A stretch of 31,897 nt of DNA from a virus. Below the pieces are notes generated by a model that searched no databases, had not been told where the DNA came from, and saw only the letters and a list, made by a program, of their open reading frames with translations. The first letter of the stretch is position 1; each line of letters begins with the position of its first letter. A program made the position numbers and the translations under genes. Location of the stretch: positions 1 through 31,897 of IMG/VR virus record IMGVR_UViG_3300000973_000001; one strand, 5' to 3'. Below are positions 1-8,177 of this stretch, one piece after another.

Positions 1-49
1 CCTTGTAAGGTTAGTGTAGCCGTTGTAATATTTCCTGTCAAATGGAAAA
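1..49. repeat. Terminal overlap copy 1 (identical to 31849..31897)
   Basis: Direct comparison shows ccttgtaaggttagtgtagccgttgtaatatttcctgtcaaatggaaaa at both ends. Confidence 0.95.
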
Positions 50-287
50 AACTAGCACTTGCACAATTAAGGTTTTGACTACCTGTTGAACTACTACTTG
101 CTTTACCCTTGTACCTGTCTGATAACTCTGCGTTGTCAACAATGTCATCACTTAACATAGCGTTGGTTACAAAGTTGTTACCATAAATCTCATTAAAGTT
201 ATCATTAATGAAACCGAATGCGTCTCGTAATGGTGAACCTGTACCATCGTTTGCTGACGTTCCTAAATCTACTAATTGCTTTGCCAT
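1..287 (-). CDS. Tail-fibre-like protein, N-terminal part of a gene crossing the circular junction (continues at 31848..31623; about 170 aa in total)
   Basis: ATG at 287..285. Hand translation MAKQLVDLGTSANDGTGSPLRDAFGFINDNFNEIYGNNF... stays open to nt 1 and is in frame with ORF 31623..31889 through the 49-nt terminal overlap. The ANDGTG..LR.AF...N.NF N-terminus is typical of phage tail fibres. Confidence 0.6.
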   Translation of the reverse strand, partial: MAKQLVDLGTSANDGTGSPLRDAFGFINDNFNEIYGNNFVTNAMLSDDIVDNAELSDRYKGKASSSSTGSQNLNCASASFFHLTGNITTATLTLQ

Positions 288-291
288 ATTT

Positions 292-507
292 TTATACTAA
301 TGATTTATCTGCTGTTAAAATTGCACTATCTGCTTTATATCTTATATCGTCTGATGTTATTGCTAACGTTTCTATTTGTCCTGCTATTAAACTACCTAAA
401 AAACAATTAGGCGAACTTATCGCAGGTATAGACTCGGCAATAGTGTTGTCTTCATCACCGAACTCTGTATAACAATATATAATACCCCAGTCAATACTAT
501 TTGCCAT
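292..507 (-). CDS. Hypothetical small virion-module protein (71 aa)
   Basis: ORF in the minus-strand array directly upstream of the fibre-like gene. No recognisable motif. Confidence 0.5.
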   Translation of the reverse strand: MANSIDWGIIYCYTEFGDEDNTIAESIPAISSPNCFLGSLIAGQIETLAITSDDIRYKADSAILTADKSLV

Positions 508-573
508 TTTTTACTTTTTTTAAATAAGCCTTCAACTTCTGCACATTAACGACTTTTGGTTTGTATGTCTTTA

Positions 574-1074
574 CTACAGTACCCATCCTTGATATGTTGC
601 GTCTTTGTCGGGATATACATCCTCATTATTGTTCGTATTATACTCTGGAAACTTACCTATATTAAATGTAACGTAATCAATCATCCTTCTTGTATAATAT
701 TCTGCAAAATCTCTCTCTTTATTTACAAGATAGTCTATCTCGTTCTTTTCGATACTCTCTGCATTCTCACTCTGATGCTTGTAAACCCCACCATTTTTAA
801 TCTGATACGCTGCAAAAGGCAAGTAATCTGACATAGCATAGTGGATCAACATTGGCTGTACGTATTTATTCACTAATGTAAGGTAATCACCCGTTAGAGT
901 GTCCGCTATAATGTCTGCACTTATCTTATCATACAACTTTGTACCTAAGTAATTTTGTATATGTATCTCTTGAGCGATCTTAATGAACTGTATAAACTTA
1001 TCTGTATCTACATTACCATCAAGAATCGTATTCTTAACTAAGTCCTTTCGTGATATGAATAGTGCTGTTGCCAT
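574..1074 (-). CDS. Head-tail adaptor/connector-like protein (166 aa)
   Basis: Start abuts the portal stop (shared nt 1074). The N-terminal pattern (...IKIAQEIHIQNYLGTKLYDKI...) resembles gp6-type head-tail connector proteins. Confidence 0.4.
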   Translation of the reverse strand: MATALFISRKDLVKNTILDGNVDTDKFIQFIKIAQEIHIQNYLGTKLYDKISADIIADTLTGDYLTLVNKYVQPMLIHYAMSDYLPFAAYQIKNGGVYKHQSENAESIEKNEIDYLVNKERDFAEYYTRRMIDYVTFNIGKFPEYNTNNNEDVYPDKDATYQGWVL

Positions 1075-2846
1075 TATTTTTTCTTACGTGGTTTAATGAA
1101 CCCTTCATTGGGCATATCTTTTGGTTTCATCGATACCTCTTTCGGGTTTCGTACTCTTGCACCCTCTCTTTCTGCTTTATTTGTACTTACGGTCGGTGCT
1201 AAGGGACTTTTTGTATCTCCCTTACCTTCGGGCAACCCTGTAAATCTAAATGTCTTTCTGACCCATTTGTGATGACATCCTCCACCTCCTTTGAACTTCC
1301 AAATTGAGTATGTGTCTGCACCGCCTTTACCCCAACCTGCGTTTACAGGCATAGTATCCATTCGTACAATATCTTCTTTTCTATACAATTTGTTTGCAGA
1401 TACCATTTTCTTACAAAAATCTCTACTGTTTGCTTGAGTCTTTAATGGTGAGTACTGATACCTTACCTTAAATTGTACTCCATCGATATATTGATCTTGC
1501 TCTGACTTTGAATTAGGATTAGCACTACCTGTACTAGCTAAACCGATCATCTTGTCTAGTTTATCTTCCATATCGTAATCTACATCCATCTCATCAACTA
1601 ATTCCCAACCCTCTAACGTATCTTCTGTCTCACCGAGTCCGATAAGATCATCCGCAATACTTTCGATGTTAGGTGCGCTCTGTGTGTCCGCATTAAAGCG
1701 TCTACGTGATACTCCTGTCTCTTCTTCTTTAGTTTCATCGTCAATATCCACATTGTCGTGATCTATAAACTCTAATGGTTGTAATGTTTTGAAGTACAGG
1801 TTAAGTGAAATACCGTTGTACGCTAAGATTTGATCTAACGCATCAATGATAAGATTTTGAAACGGTTTTACTACAACATTGTCTGTTAGTATAGAAGCTG
1901 TCTTAATTTCATCCGCATTGTTACCAAGACCCGTTTGGTCTTTAATCCCAAATAACATCGGACTGACAATCCTGTGTGATACGAGAATCTTTTTGCTTGA
2001 TTCTGTAGATAAGAATTCGTACTGGTTGTGTGCATCTGATAATTGTACAGGTTCTATATTAGCTTGTGCATCGGCATTATCGTTAAATGCAAGTATAAAC
2101 TTACCTGCATTACTTGTACCGCTAAATTTGTCTTGTATTCTTCGCTCGATCAATGAACGTTCTTCCTCGTTAGGGATACCGTTGTTAAAGTTGATCAACA
2201 TACTAGGTGCTAACCCGTTCTTAATGTTGTTAAGGTGATAATTAGCAACCTCTTCTTCTAGTTCTGCATATTGTAAACCACCTTGATAATCCACAGGGGA
2301 GTAGTAATAGTACCCTGTTTTGTATGGTTTAATGCACATAATCTCGATGGACTCATTACTTGTACCAAATGCAGGTATGCGCTTAGGCTGTTCGTGTGGT
2401 TTAATCTTCGTCCAGTCCTTGTGATAGTAATATCCTTCGATGTCTCCATCTTCATTACACTTTTCGAGTCTTAACGTCTCAACAGGAAAGTGTTCTACTT
2501 GTGCAATCTTTTTTCTGTCTTTTGAGTATATGATTTGTATAGTCGCTTGTCCCATTAACTTGAGATCAAAGACTACTTTACGCATACAATCCTTTGTAAA
2601 CAATGATACCATTTGTGCATATTCATCAGGTCTGCGATTAGCATCTGTTGCTGCAAGACCTTTACCGTATATCATCTCTGCAATACCGTTTACAATAGCG
2701 TTGTTTGTAGCACTTCCGTTAAATCGGTCTATTAGGTATTGGTAATAGTTGTTGTCATCACCGTACTCAACCCAATCCTTGTTCTTACGTTCAGTAATCT
2801 TCGGAGTGCTATAGGTCGCTAAATTAACTATTCTTACGTCTCTCAT
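1074..2846 (-). CDS. Portal protein with a C-terminal MuF/SPP1-gp7-like head-morphogenesis domain and a basic tail
   Basis: 590 aa. N-terminus WVEYGDDNNYYQYLIDRFNGSATNNAIVNGIAEMIYGKGL is portal-like. C-terminal SRDFCKKM...YRKEDI...WKFKGGGGCHHKW resembles the MuF/gp7 motif. Confidence 0.7.
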   Translation of the reverse strand: MRDVRIVNLATYSTPKITERKNKDWVEYGDDNNYYQYLIDRFNGSATNNAIVNGIAEMIYGKGLAATDANRRPDEYAQMVSLFTKDCMRKVVFDLKLMGQATIQIIYSKDRKKIAQVEHFPVETLRLEKCNEDGDIEGYYYHKDWTKIKPHEQPKRIPAFGTSNESIEIMCIKPYKTGYYYYSPVDYQGGLQYAELEEEVANYHLNNIKNGLAPSMLINFNNGIPNEEERSLIERRIQDKFSGTSNAGKFILAFNDNADAQANIEPVQLSDAHNQYEFLSTESSKKILVSHRIVSPMLFGIKDQTGLGNNADEIKTASILTDNVVVKPFQNLIIDALDQILAYNGISLNLYFKTLQPLEFIDHDNVDIDDETKEEETGVSRRRFNADTQSAPNIESIADDLIGLGETEDTLEGWELVDEMDVDYDMEDKLDKMIGLASTGSANPNSKSEQDQYIDGVQFKVRYQYSPLKTQANSRDFCKKMVSANKLYRKEDIVRMDTMPVNAGWGKGGADTYSIWKFKGGGGCHHKWVRKTFRFTGLPEGKGDTKSPLAPTVSTNKAEREGARVRNPKEVSMKPKDMPNEGFIKPRKKK

Positions 2847-3208
2847 AATACAATAAAGTCGTTGTCGTATGACGTATCACTTGTGTACACGTCTTTGTTT
2901 ATGGTGTAGTAATCATTTGTGGTTTGATCAACAGTTTGTGCTGTGCAAAAAACCTTGTCTTTGTAAATTACTGTACCGTCTGTTTTTGTGATTAACATAT
3001 CATAATACCTACCCTCCTTCAAACTCAAAGCTTGTGAGAAAGACAAGTAATTACGATCCGTTGTAGGAGATACACTATAAGACGATGTTGTGTTTGTAGT
3101 ATCGTCTGTTAATTTAAAGGTCGCTGATGTAACGTATTCCCTTGGTATCACCTTTATGGTCTGTGCGTCTGTACTTGTAGTAAGTAGTTTCATACAAATA
3201 TAACGCAT
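2843..3208 (-). CDS. Hypothetical structural-module protein (121 aa; the start could be the ATG at 3193)
   Basis: ATGA stop/start overlap with the portal gene (2843..2846). Thr/Ser-rich beta-type composition. Confidence 0.5.
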   Translation of the reverse strand: MRYICMKLLTTSTDAQTIKVIPREYVTSATFKLTDDTTNTTSSYSVSPTTDRNYLSFSQALSLKEGRYYDMLITKTDGTVIYKDKVFCTAQTVDQTTNDYYTINKDVYTSDTSYDNDFIVL

Positions 3209-3225
3209 AAAGTAAATCTTTTTGT

Positions 3226-3250
3226 AAAAAGAGAGGTGGCTTTTGCCACC
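3226..3250 (-). terminator. Rho-independent terminator after the DUF3846-like gene
   Basis: Gene-sense GGTGGC-AAAA-GCCACC followed by TCTCTTTTT, 18 nt after the stop. Confidence 0.65.
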
Positions 3251-3268
3251 CCCCTGTAACCGATAGTG

Positions 3269-3580
3269 TTACTCTGTAACTTTGTCGGCTTTTTGATTCG
3301 CCATAAACGTTTCTCTAACTACGTCTTTGTACGATTTCATATCCTCATCTGATACTAACAACACATCACCTACTATCGGCTGTCCTGCTATTTTTGAGGC
3401 TACGTGGTTTAACGGTAACTTCTGTAATAATCCCTCTTCGTTTGCCCACATATACCTATCATCTGATAACCATACTCTTTCAATCAATCCGCCTACGGCT
3501 TCTTGTTTTTTCTCTAACCCATCAAACGTACCTAATTCTACGTTGTTGTTCGTCTTAATGTAAAAATACTGCTCTGTCAT
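3269..3580 (-). CDS. DUF3846-like protein (103 aa), insulated moron-like cassette
   Basis: Motif GGLIERVWLSDDRYMWANEEGLLQKLPLNHVA...GQPIVGDVLLV matches the DUF3846 pattern (GG.iE.v.l.d...W.nEEG.l..LplN...ivG). It has its own promoter (3704..3734) and terminator (3226..3250). Confidence 0.6.
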   Translation of the reverse strand: MTEQYFYIKTNNNVELGTFDGLEKKQEAVGGLIERVWLSDDRYMWANEEGLLQKLPLNHVASKIAGQPIVGDVLLVSDEDMKSYKDVVRETFMANQKADKVTE

Positions 3581-3703
3581 AATCGTGTGTTTTTAATTTT
3601 GTCATTCATATTACTCTCATCCCGTGAACAACTTACGGTGTCATACACTTTTCGCCTGTGTACTCGGTCTTGGTACCTTTTGGTTTTACCCTCAACAACA
3701 ATA

Positions 3704-3734
3704 CAAATATACAATACTTATTGAATTATCCAAA
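3704..3734 (-). promoter_or_regulatory. Bacteroidota-type promoter P1: TTTG-N19-TATATTTG
   Basis: In gene sense it reads TTTGGATAATTCAATAAGTATTGTATATTTG. CAAA is at 3731..3734 and CAAATATA at 3704..3711 on the plus strand. Confidence 0.6.
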
Positions 3735-3760
3735 ATTTTTGATAAAAAACTTTAATGCAC

Positions 3761-3789
3761 AAAAAAAGAGGGACATTACGCCCCCCTCT
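3761..3789 (-). terminator. Rho-independent terminator after the tube-like gene
   Basis: Gene-sense AGAGGG-(11 nt)-CCCTCT followed by TTTTTTG. Confidence 0.6.
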
Positions 3790-3807
3790 CTATAAAATCC
3801 ACAATGA

Positions 3808-4353
3808 TTATGAATTTGTACCCGATGTAACTGTAGGACTTGTTGTTAATCCTGCAAATGGATCAGCTTCTGTCGCTCCCTCAAGGAAGTTAGCAGGAAC
3901 TTGCTCCTGTGCGTTTAGTGTTAATGTGTATCCGCTAAGATCACCCATCGCTGCACCTGTTACAATCGTACCACCTGTCACTTCGCAACCGTGTTCAGTA
4001 CCCATCAAGAATGCATTACCGTTATAGTCGTGTACTACAACGTGTGGTCTCCCGTAAGAAAGCAACTTAATCTCTTTGTGATCCTCTTTTGTTAATTTAG
4101 TTAACGTGAGGTTTAATGTTTGGTCAAAGAAGGTTGTACCGTTTTCTCGGGATGAAGTGATCGCCTGTTCAAATGAACTGTTACCTTTCACTTCGTACTT
4201 AAAAGCTGTAATCGATCCTAAATCGTCAATTACATCTGTATCTGTTGAATCGTATGTCGCTGTTGCACCGTAATTGATGAAGTAAATAGCTTTAATGCCA
4301 CCTACAACGTCTTTACAAGGTACTTTGCGCCCTAATGTTAAATCACAAGCCAT
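3808..4353 (-). CDS. Abundant virion protein, tail-tube-like (181 aa)
   Basis: Follows the capsid gene and is itself followed by a strong terminator. The N-terminus (MACDLTLGRKVPCKDVVGGIKAIYFINYG) resembles tube proteins of Bacteroidota siphophages. The assignment is tentative. Confidence 0.4.
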   Translation of the reverse strand: MACDLTLGRKVPCKDVVGGIKAIYFINYGATATYDSTDTDVIDDLGSITAFKYEVKGNSSFEQAITSSRENGTTFFDQTLNLTLTKLTKEDHKEIKLLSYGRPHVVVHDYNGNAFLMGTEHGCEVTGGTIVTGAAMGDLSGYTLTLNAQEQVPANFLEGATEADPFAGLTTSPTVTSGTNS

Positions 4354-4365
4354 ATTTTATGTATT

Positions 4366-4399
4366 AAAAAAGGGTAGGCAGATACAAAACCACCTACCC
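4366..4399 (-). terminator. Rho-independent terminator after the major capsid gene
   Basis: Gene-sense GGGTAGG-(14 nt)-CCTACCC followed by TTTTTT. Confidence 0.7.
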
Positions 4400-4422
4400 C
4401 TTTTGATTATATTAATCTATTC

Positions 4423-5376
4423 TTAGTTTGCAGAGTTTGTGATACCGTATGTTACGATGTCATCTACAATACCGTACTGTACACCTGCAGTAAATCGCAT
4501 TACTACACGTACATTCTGTGAACCATCAATGTCAGCCATATCGATAACTTTCACTTCGTTGTGGTCTGCTAATAAACCTGTACCAAAGAATAAGTTAGAC
4601 TTTTCTGCTGCAATCGCTTTGTTGTCTCCTAATCCGTTAGCTACAAATAACTTCACTCCATCAAAAGATAATGATCCGTTATTCCACCATTGTGTACCTT
4701 GTGCGTTAGTACCTGCAGCACCTAGTCCAGACGCTCCAAATCCACCTAATGCACGTACATATGCACGAGCAATGTTCTGTGATACATAGATGTTTAAGTC
4801 TTCACTTCCGTATAATGCAGAAGGAATAGCATCAACGATCTTCCCTAACTCTGTGATAACGTTAGAAGAAGTAACTGTTGCTCCTGTAACCTCTTGTCCG
4901 CTTGGTAAGTCAGCGTCTGCAGCAACGATTGTGCTTAACCCGTCAAACTCTCCATTGTTTGCAGTTGATCCACCCCAAATAGACTGCTCTGTTTTCTGTG
5001 CTACTTTTGCAGCAACGTGTGAAATTAAGAAATCACTAAATTTAGGAGGTAAACTTTGGAATGCAGATACTCCCATTTGTAACGCTTCCCAATCTGATTG
5101 GAAGTCTTTTTTACATAATTGTAAGTTCACTTGTTGAAACTCTGGTTGTAACACACGCTCTGTAAGTGTGATAGTAGAAGTAGGATCGAAATCACAAGTA
5201 GCGTCTTTAACGATAGCGTTAGTATCCACTTTCTTGATAACCTCTTTGAACTTCACATTTGGTTTTACAGTAATACCACCGTTATCGATAGTAGAACCAG
5301 ACAAAAGTGCTGCAGAGATGTATTCACCTGCAAACTCTCCTGCGTAAGTAGTAGTAATTGATGTTGTAGTTGCCAT
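4423..5376 (-). CDS. Major capsid protein (317 aa)
   Basis: Immediately downstream of an acidic scaffold-like gene and followed by a strong terminator. The N-terminus (TTYAGEFAGEYISAALLSGSTIDNGGITVKPNVKFK) is typical of HK97-fold capsid proteins of flavobacterial phages. Confidence 0.8.
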   Translation of the reverse strand: MATTTSITTTYAGEFAGEYISAALLSGSTIDNGGITVKPNVKFKEVIKKVDTNAIVKDATCDFDPTSTITLTERVLQPEFQQVNLQLCKKDFQSDWEALQMGVSAFQSLPPKFSDFLISHVAAKVAQKTEQSIWGGSTANNGEFDGLSTIVAADADLPSGQEVTGATVTSSNVITELGKIVDAIPSALYGSEDLNIYVSQNIARAYVRALGGFGASGLGAAGTNAQGTQWWNNGSLSFDGVKLFVANGLGDNKAIAAEKSNLFFGTGLLADHNEVKVIDMADIDGSQNVRVVMRFTAGVQYGIVDDIVTYGITNSAN

Positions 5377-5384
5377 TTTTATTC

Positions 5385-5996
5385 TTAGTTATTAATATTA
5401 GAAATTTTGTTTAGTACTCTGTCAAAAGTAGTAACCGCTCTACCTTGTGCATACAAGTTTTGCTTACGCTTTGTAGTAGCCTCTGGACTGTGTTTCATTG
5501 GCTCTGCAGCAGGTTTAGACAATTCCTCTTTTAACTCTTCTTCTTCTGTTGGCTGTACTGCTTCGGCTTCCACCTCAACTTCTGCCGCTTCAACAGGCTC
5601 TTCCTCTTTCGGTGCGCCCATCTCTTCGATCATAGCCTTAATCTCTTCTACAACGCTCTTAACCTCGTTAAGTTCTTCTTTTGTAGCGTAACCCATTTCT
5701 TGTTTTTCTTCTTGTGGGTCTTGTTCTAGGTTTTCTGACATATCCTCTTGTATTGATTTGATTTCATTAATAATCCCTTCATCCACTACCACAAGTTGTC
5801 TGCCGTCTTCTAATTCATACAGTCCTTCGGGTAATGGTACTTTCTCATCTTCGGTCTTGATAAACACCTCTTCGTCTGCGTGAAAATGTTCAGACTCCAA
5901 TAGTGTACCGTTCGCAAGTTTCATCTCTTCTAACTTTACCTCTGTCGATAAGTTGAGCATATCTGTAATGCTGTTAAGTATTTCTGTTGCTTTCAT
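5385..5996 (-). CDS. Scaffolding protein (203 aa, Glu-rich)
   Basis: Highly acidic, helical low-complexity sequence (EEEPVEAAEVEVEAEAVQPTEEEELKEEL). Positioned between the protease and the capsid gene. Confidence 0.6.
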   Translation of the reverse strand: MKATEILNSITDMLNLSTEVKLEEMKLANGTLLESEHFHADEEVFIKTEDEKVPLPEGLYELEDGRQLVVVDEGIINEIKSIQEDMSENLEQDPQEEKQEMGYATKEELNEVKSVVEEIKAMIEEMGAPKEEEPVEAAEVEVEAEAVQPTEEEELKEELSKPAAEPMKHSPEATTKRKQNLYAQGRAVTTFDRVLNKISNINN

Positions 5997-5997
5997 A

Positions 5998-6405
5998 TTA
6001 CACTCCTTGTATTGCTTGTTGCGCTCTTGTAATTGCAGTCATTCCTGCTTCTGCTTCCTCCATTATATTATCACAAGCCGATACAACATTAGTGATCTCT
6101 AATAGTTTCTTGTCTAACTGTGAAGGATCTAAGTCCATTTCACGTAACGTGTCTTGTGCATCTTCTATTTGACCTCGCATTTTTTGCGCTGCACGTAAAA
6201 TGCCTTCTGCATCATTGTTTGCTTTTTCTAAGCCAACTTGTATTCCACCTAATTCATCGAATACGCTATCCAATTCGCCTATATCCATTCTTAAATCAGA
6301 CTTTACGTCATCAATTTCGCTTTGTAAGTTTTTAGTGTCAAACTTAGCTAACATAACACTTTCGCTACTTAGCTTTTCTAGGATTCTCTTTACGTGTGGT
6401 TTCAT
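5998..6405 (-). CDS. Coiled-coil hypothetical head-module protein (135 aa)
   Basis: ORF abutting the scaffold gene, with heptad-like helical sequence. Confidence 0.5.
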   Translation of the reverse strand: MKPHVKRILEKLSSESVMLAKFDTKNLQSEIDDVKSDLRMDIGELDSVFDELGGIQVGLEKANNDAEGILRAAQKMRGQIEDAQDTLREMDLDPSQLDKKLLEITNVVSACDNIMEEAEAGMTAITRAQQAIQGV

Positions 6406-6441
6406 ATAGTATTAACGTTTATTGATTATAAATTTGCATAT

Positions 6442-7128
6442 TTAACTTGATATTTGAGACAATGCGATCTCTTTTGTAACTGAAGAGTCTTTAACCGATG
6501 TAATAATTAATGTCTCTGTAATTGTAGAACCTGTATCGTTTACCTGCAACGGTGCAAGTTGTGCGTTGGTTAAACCATCTGTTGAAGCGCTTGTAACACT
6601 TACACTAAAGTTGTTCAATGTATTAATAGTGTAGCCGTTTGTACCTGTTGTGAATATATCAATAGAAATTGAAACAATGTTTGTGGGTAATTGAAATGAA
6701 GTAACAGGCGTTCCTAAATCATAATGATATACAGTAATAGGATCTGTAACTGTATCTCTTTTTACATCTCCTTGACATTCCGCACAATCAGCGTAACTAA
6801 ATGCTCTTTCCCACTCGTGTCCTGACGTTTCATCATCTCTATTTATAACCTCGTAACAACCGTCTTTTGCATCGTGTTCAGAATCTACATAGTATATATT
6901 ACCTACAGTTAGCTCTGTATCACCAAAGAAATGATGTGTTTTACTATGTCCACAAAGTTGCATTTTATATCCGTACTGTCCATTACTCGGTGTGATTGCT
7001 GTAGATGTAATGTTACCTATCCCTTGATTATAATAATCACCACCGCAACAGTTTGCACTATACGTGCCATTTCTACATAAACAAGCTCGTTTACCGTTAT
7101 GTGGTACTGGTGTTCTTCTATCCTTCAT
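6442..7128 (-). CDS. Cys-rich structural protein (228 aa)
   Basis: N-terminus KRACLCRNGTYSANCCGGDYYNQGIG, further Cys pairs (CAEC), and a Thr/Ser-rich beta-type C-terminal half. Start abuts the protease stop (shared nt 7128). Confidence 0.5.
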   Translation of the reverse strand: MKDRRTPVPHNGKRACLCRNGTYSANCCGGDYYNQGIGNITSTAITPSNGQYGYKMQLCGHSKTHHFFGDTELTVGNIYYVDSEHDAKDGCYEVINRDDETSGHEWERAFSYADCAECQGDVKRDTVTDPITVYHYDLGTPVTSFQLPTNIVSISIDIFTTGTNGYTINTLNNFSVSVTSASTDGLTNAQLAPLQVNDTGSTITETLIITSVKDSSVTKEIALSQISS

Positions 7129-8177
7129 TATTTCTTAGGTACGCAATTAGGCACTTTTTTGCCGTTTTTCATTTTCCATCCTACCATTTCGTATCCATCC
7201 CAACAAGGTGCTTCTAACTTAACGTCATCTGCAATACCCTCAAAGGCTTTTATCTTGCTCTCTGCCCAACCTTTGGCTGTTTTACCACCCCACAATAGGT
7301 ATGAGATATAACCACAGTCCTCTGGAGTGCCTTGATCGTAATAAGTCTCTGCACGTGATAAATATGAAAACATACGTTTAATCGTATCCATACTCACCGC
7401 TCTTCCTGCTGCCAAATCCGCTGCACGTACTTTCCCAACTTGTGTAGCACACTTGTTTCCTACCTTCTCGTTCAATTCCATACCACGCTTTGCGTTGTTT
7501 TTTACGGAATCAGGATAATCGCTAAACGACTCCATTTCCACACGCTGTCCGTCCTTATAACGTTTGTCCTTACGTATGATACCTTTGATCGTTGATAGTA
7601 AAGACTCTGCCTCTAACTCCTCTATTGCACTCAAGTCCTCTGATAAACCTCGATCACTAGGAGTTTCCATTTTATCTGCAAAGTAGCCTTCTATTGAGAA
7701 TCCTTTAACCTTACCTGTCTTAACGTAATTATTCCAAATATCGTCATTCTCCACTTTAACAGTACCCATCCACGTTCCTAATGGTACGTCCATACCGTAT
7801 AACACGCTTTTATCCTTCTCTTTATCTTCTACAATCCAAGACTCTACTAATGTAAGTCCTTGTATAGACTCTTCGTGTTCTAATGTACTGTTGTGTTGGT
7901 TATTTCTTTGCAAATACAGTTGTGATGCCTTACGTACAGTATCACGTGAAAAGTAAATGTAGTATTCATCTTCACCGTTACGTCTGTATATAGGTTTGTT
8001 AGGGGTGAGTAACGCTCCAATAAGAATCTTCTTGTCCTTATCTACTTCTGCAAATTGTACTTGTTGTGATTTTAACGCTACAAAATCCTCTTCGATTGCA
8101 GGGTTTTCTACAATACTGATAGCCTCTATGCCGTTGTACTCGTCTGTTTCGTCTATTACTAATTCAACTATTCTCAT
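7128..8177 (-). CDS. XkdF-like prohead protease with a C-terminal extension
   Basis: N-terminal half (GIEAISIVENPAIEEDFVALK...ILIGALLTPNKPIYRR...STLEHEE...LVESWIV...GFSIEGYF) matches the XkdF/S78-type phage protease pattern. The C-terminal CWDGYEMVGWKMKNGKKVPNCVP motif is common in marine phage head proteins. Confidence 0.7.
   Translation of the reverse strand: MRIVELVIDETDEYNGIEAISIVENPAIEEDFVALKSQQVQFAEVDKDKKILIGALLTPNKPIYRRNGEDEYYIYFSRDTVRKASQLYLQRNNQHNSTLEHEESIQGLTLVESWIVEDKEKDKSVLYGMDVPLGTWMGTVKVENDDIWNNYVKTGKVKGFSIEGYFADKMETPSDRGLSEDLSAIEELEAESLLSTIKGIIRKDKRYKDGQRVEMESFSDYPDSVKNNAKRGMELNEKVGNKCATQVGKVRAADLAAGRAVSMDTIKRMFSYLSRAETYYDQGTPEDCGYISYLLWGGKTAKGWAESKIKAFEGIADDVKLEAPCWDGYEMVGWKMKNGKKVPNCVPKK

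Noticed and set aside
1744-2295. Near-consensus DnaA boxes inside the portal gene (ATATCCACA at 1744..1752, TAATCCACA at 2287..2295).
   Set aside because: One-mismatch matches to a 9-mer are expected several times by chance in about 64 kb of two-strand sequence. These are intragenic and unpaired.
3195-3202. A further perfect TATATTTG -7 box (plus-strand CAAATATA), 1 nt upstream of the ATG at 3193.
   Set aside because: There is no TTTG element 19-21 nt upstream. It lies inside the ORF if the ATG at 3208 is used, and it is too close to 3193 to leave room for a transcription start. It is probably coincidental in AT-rich DNA.
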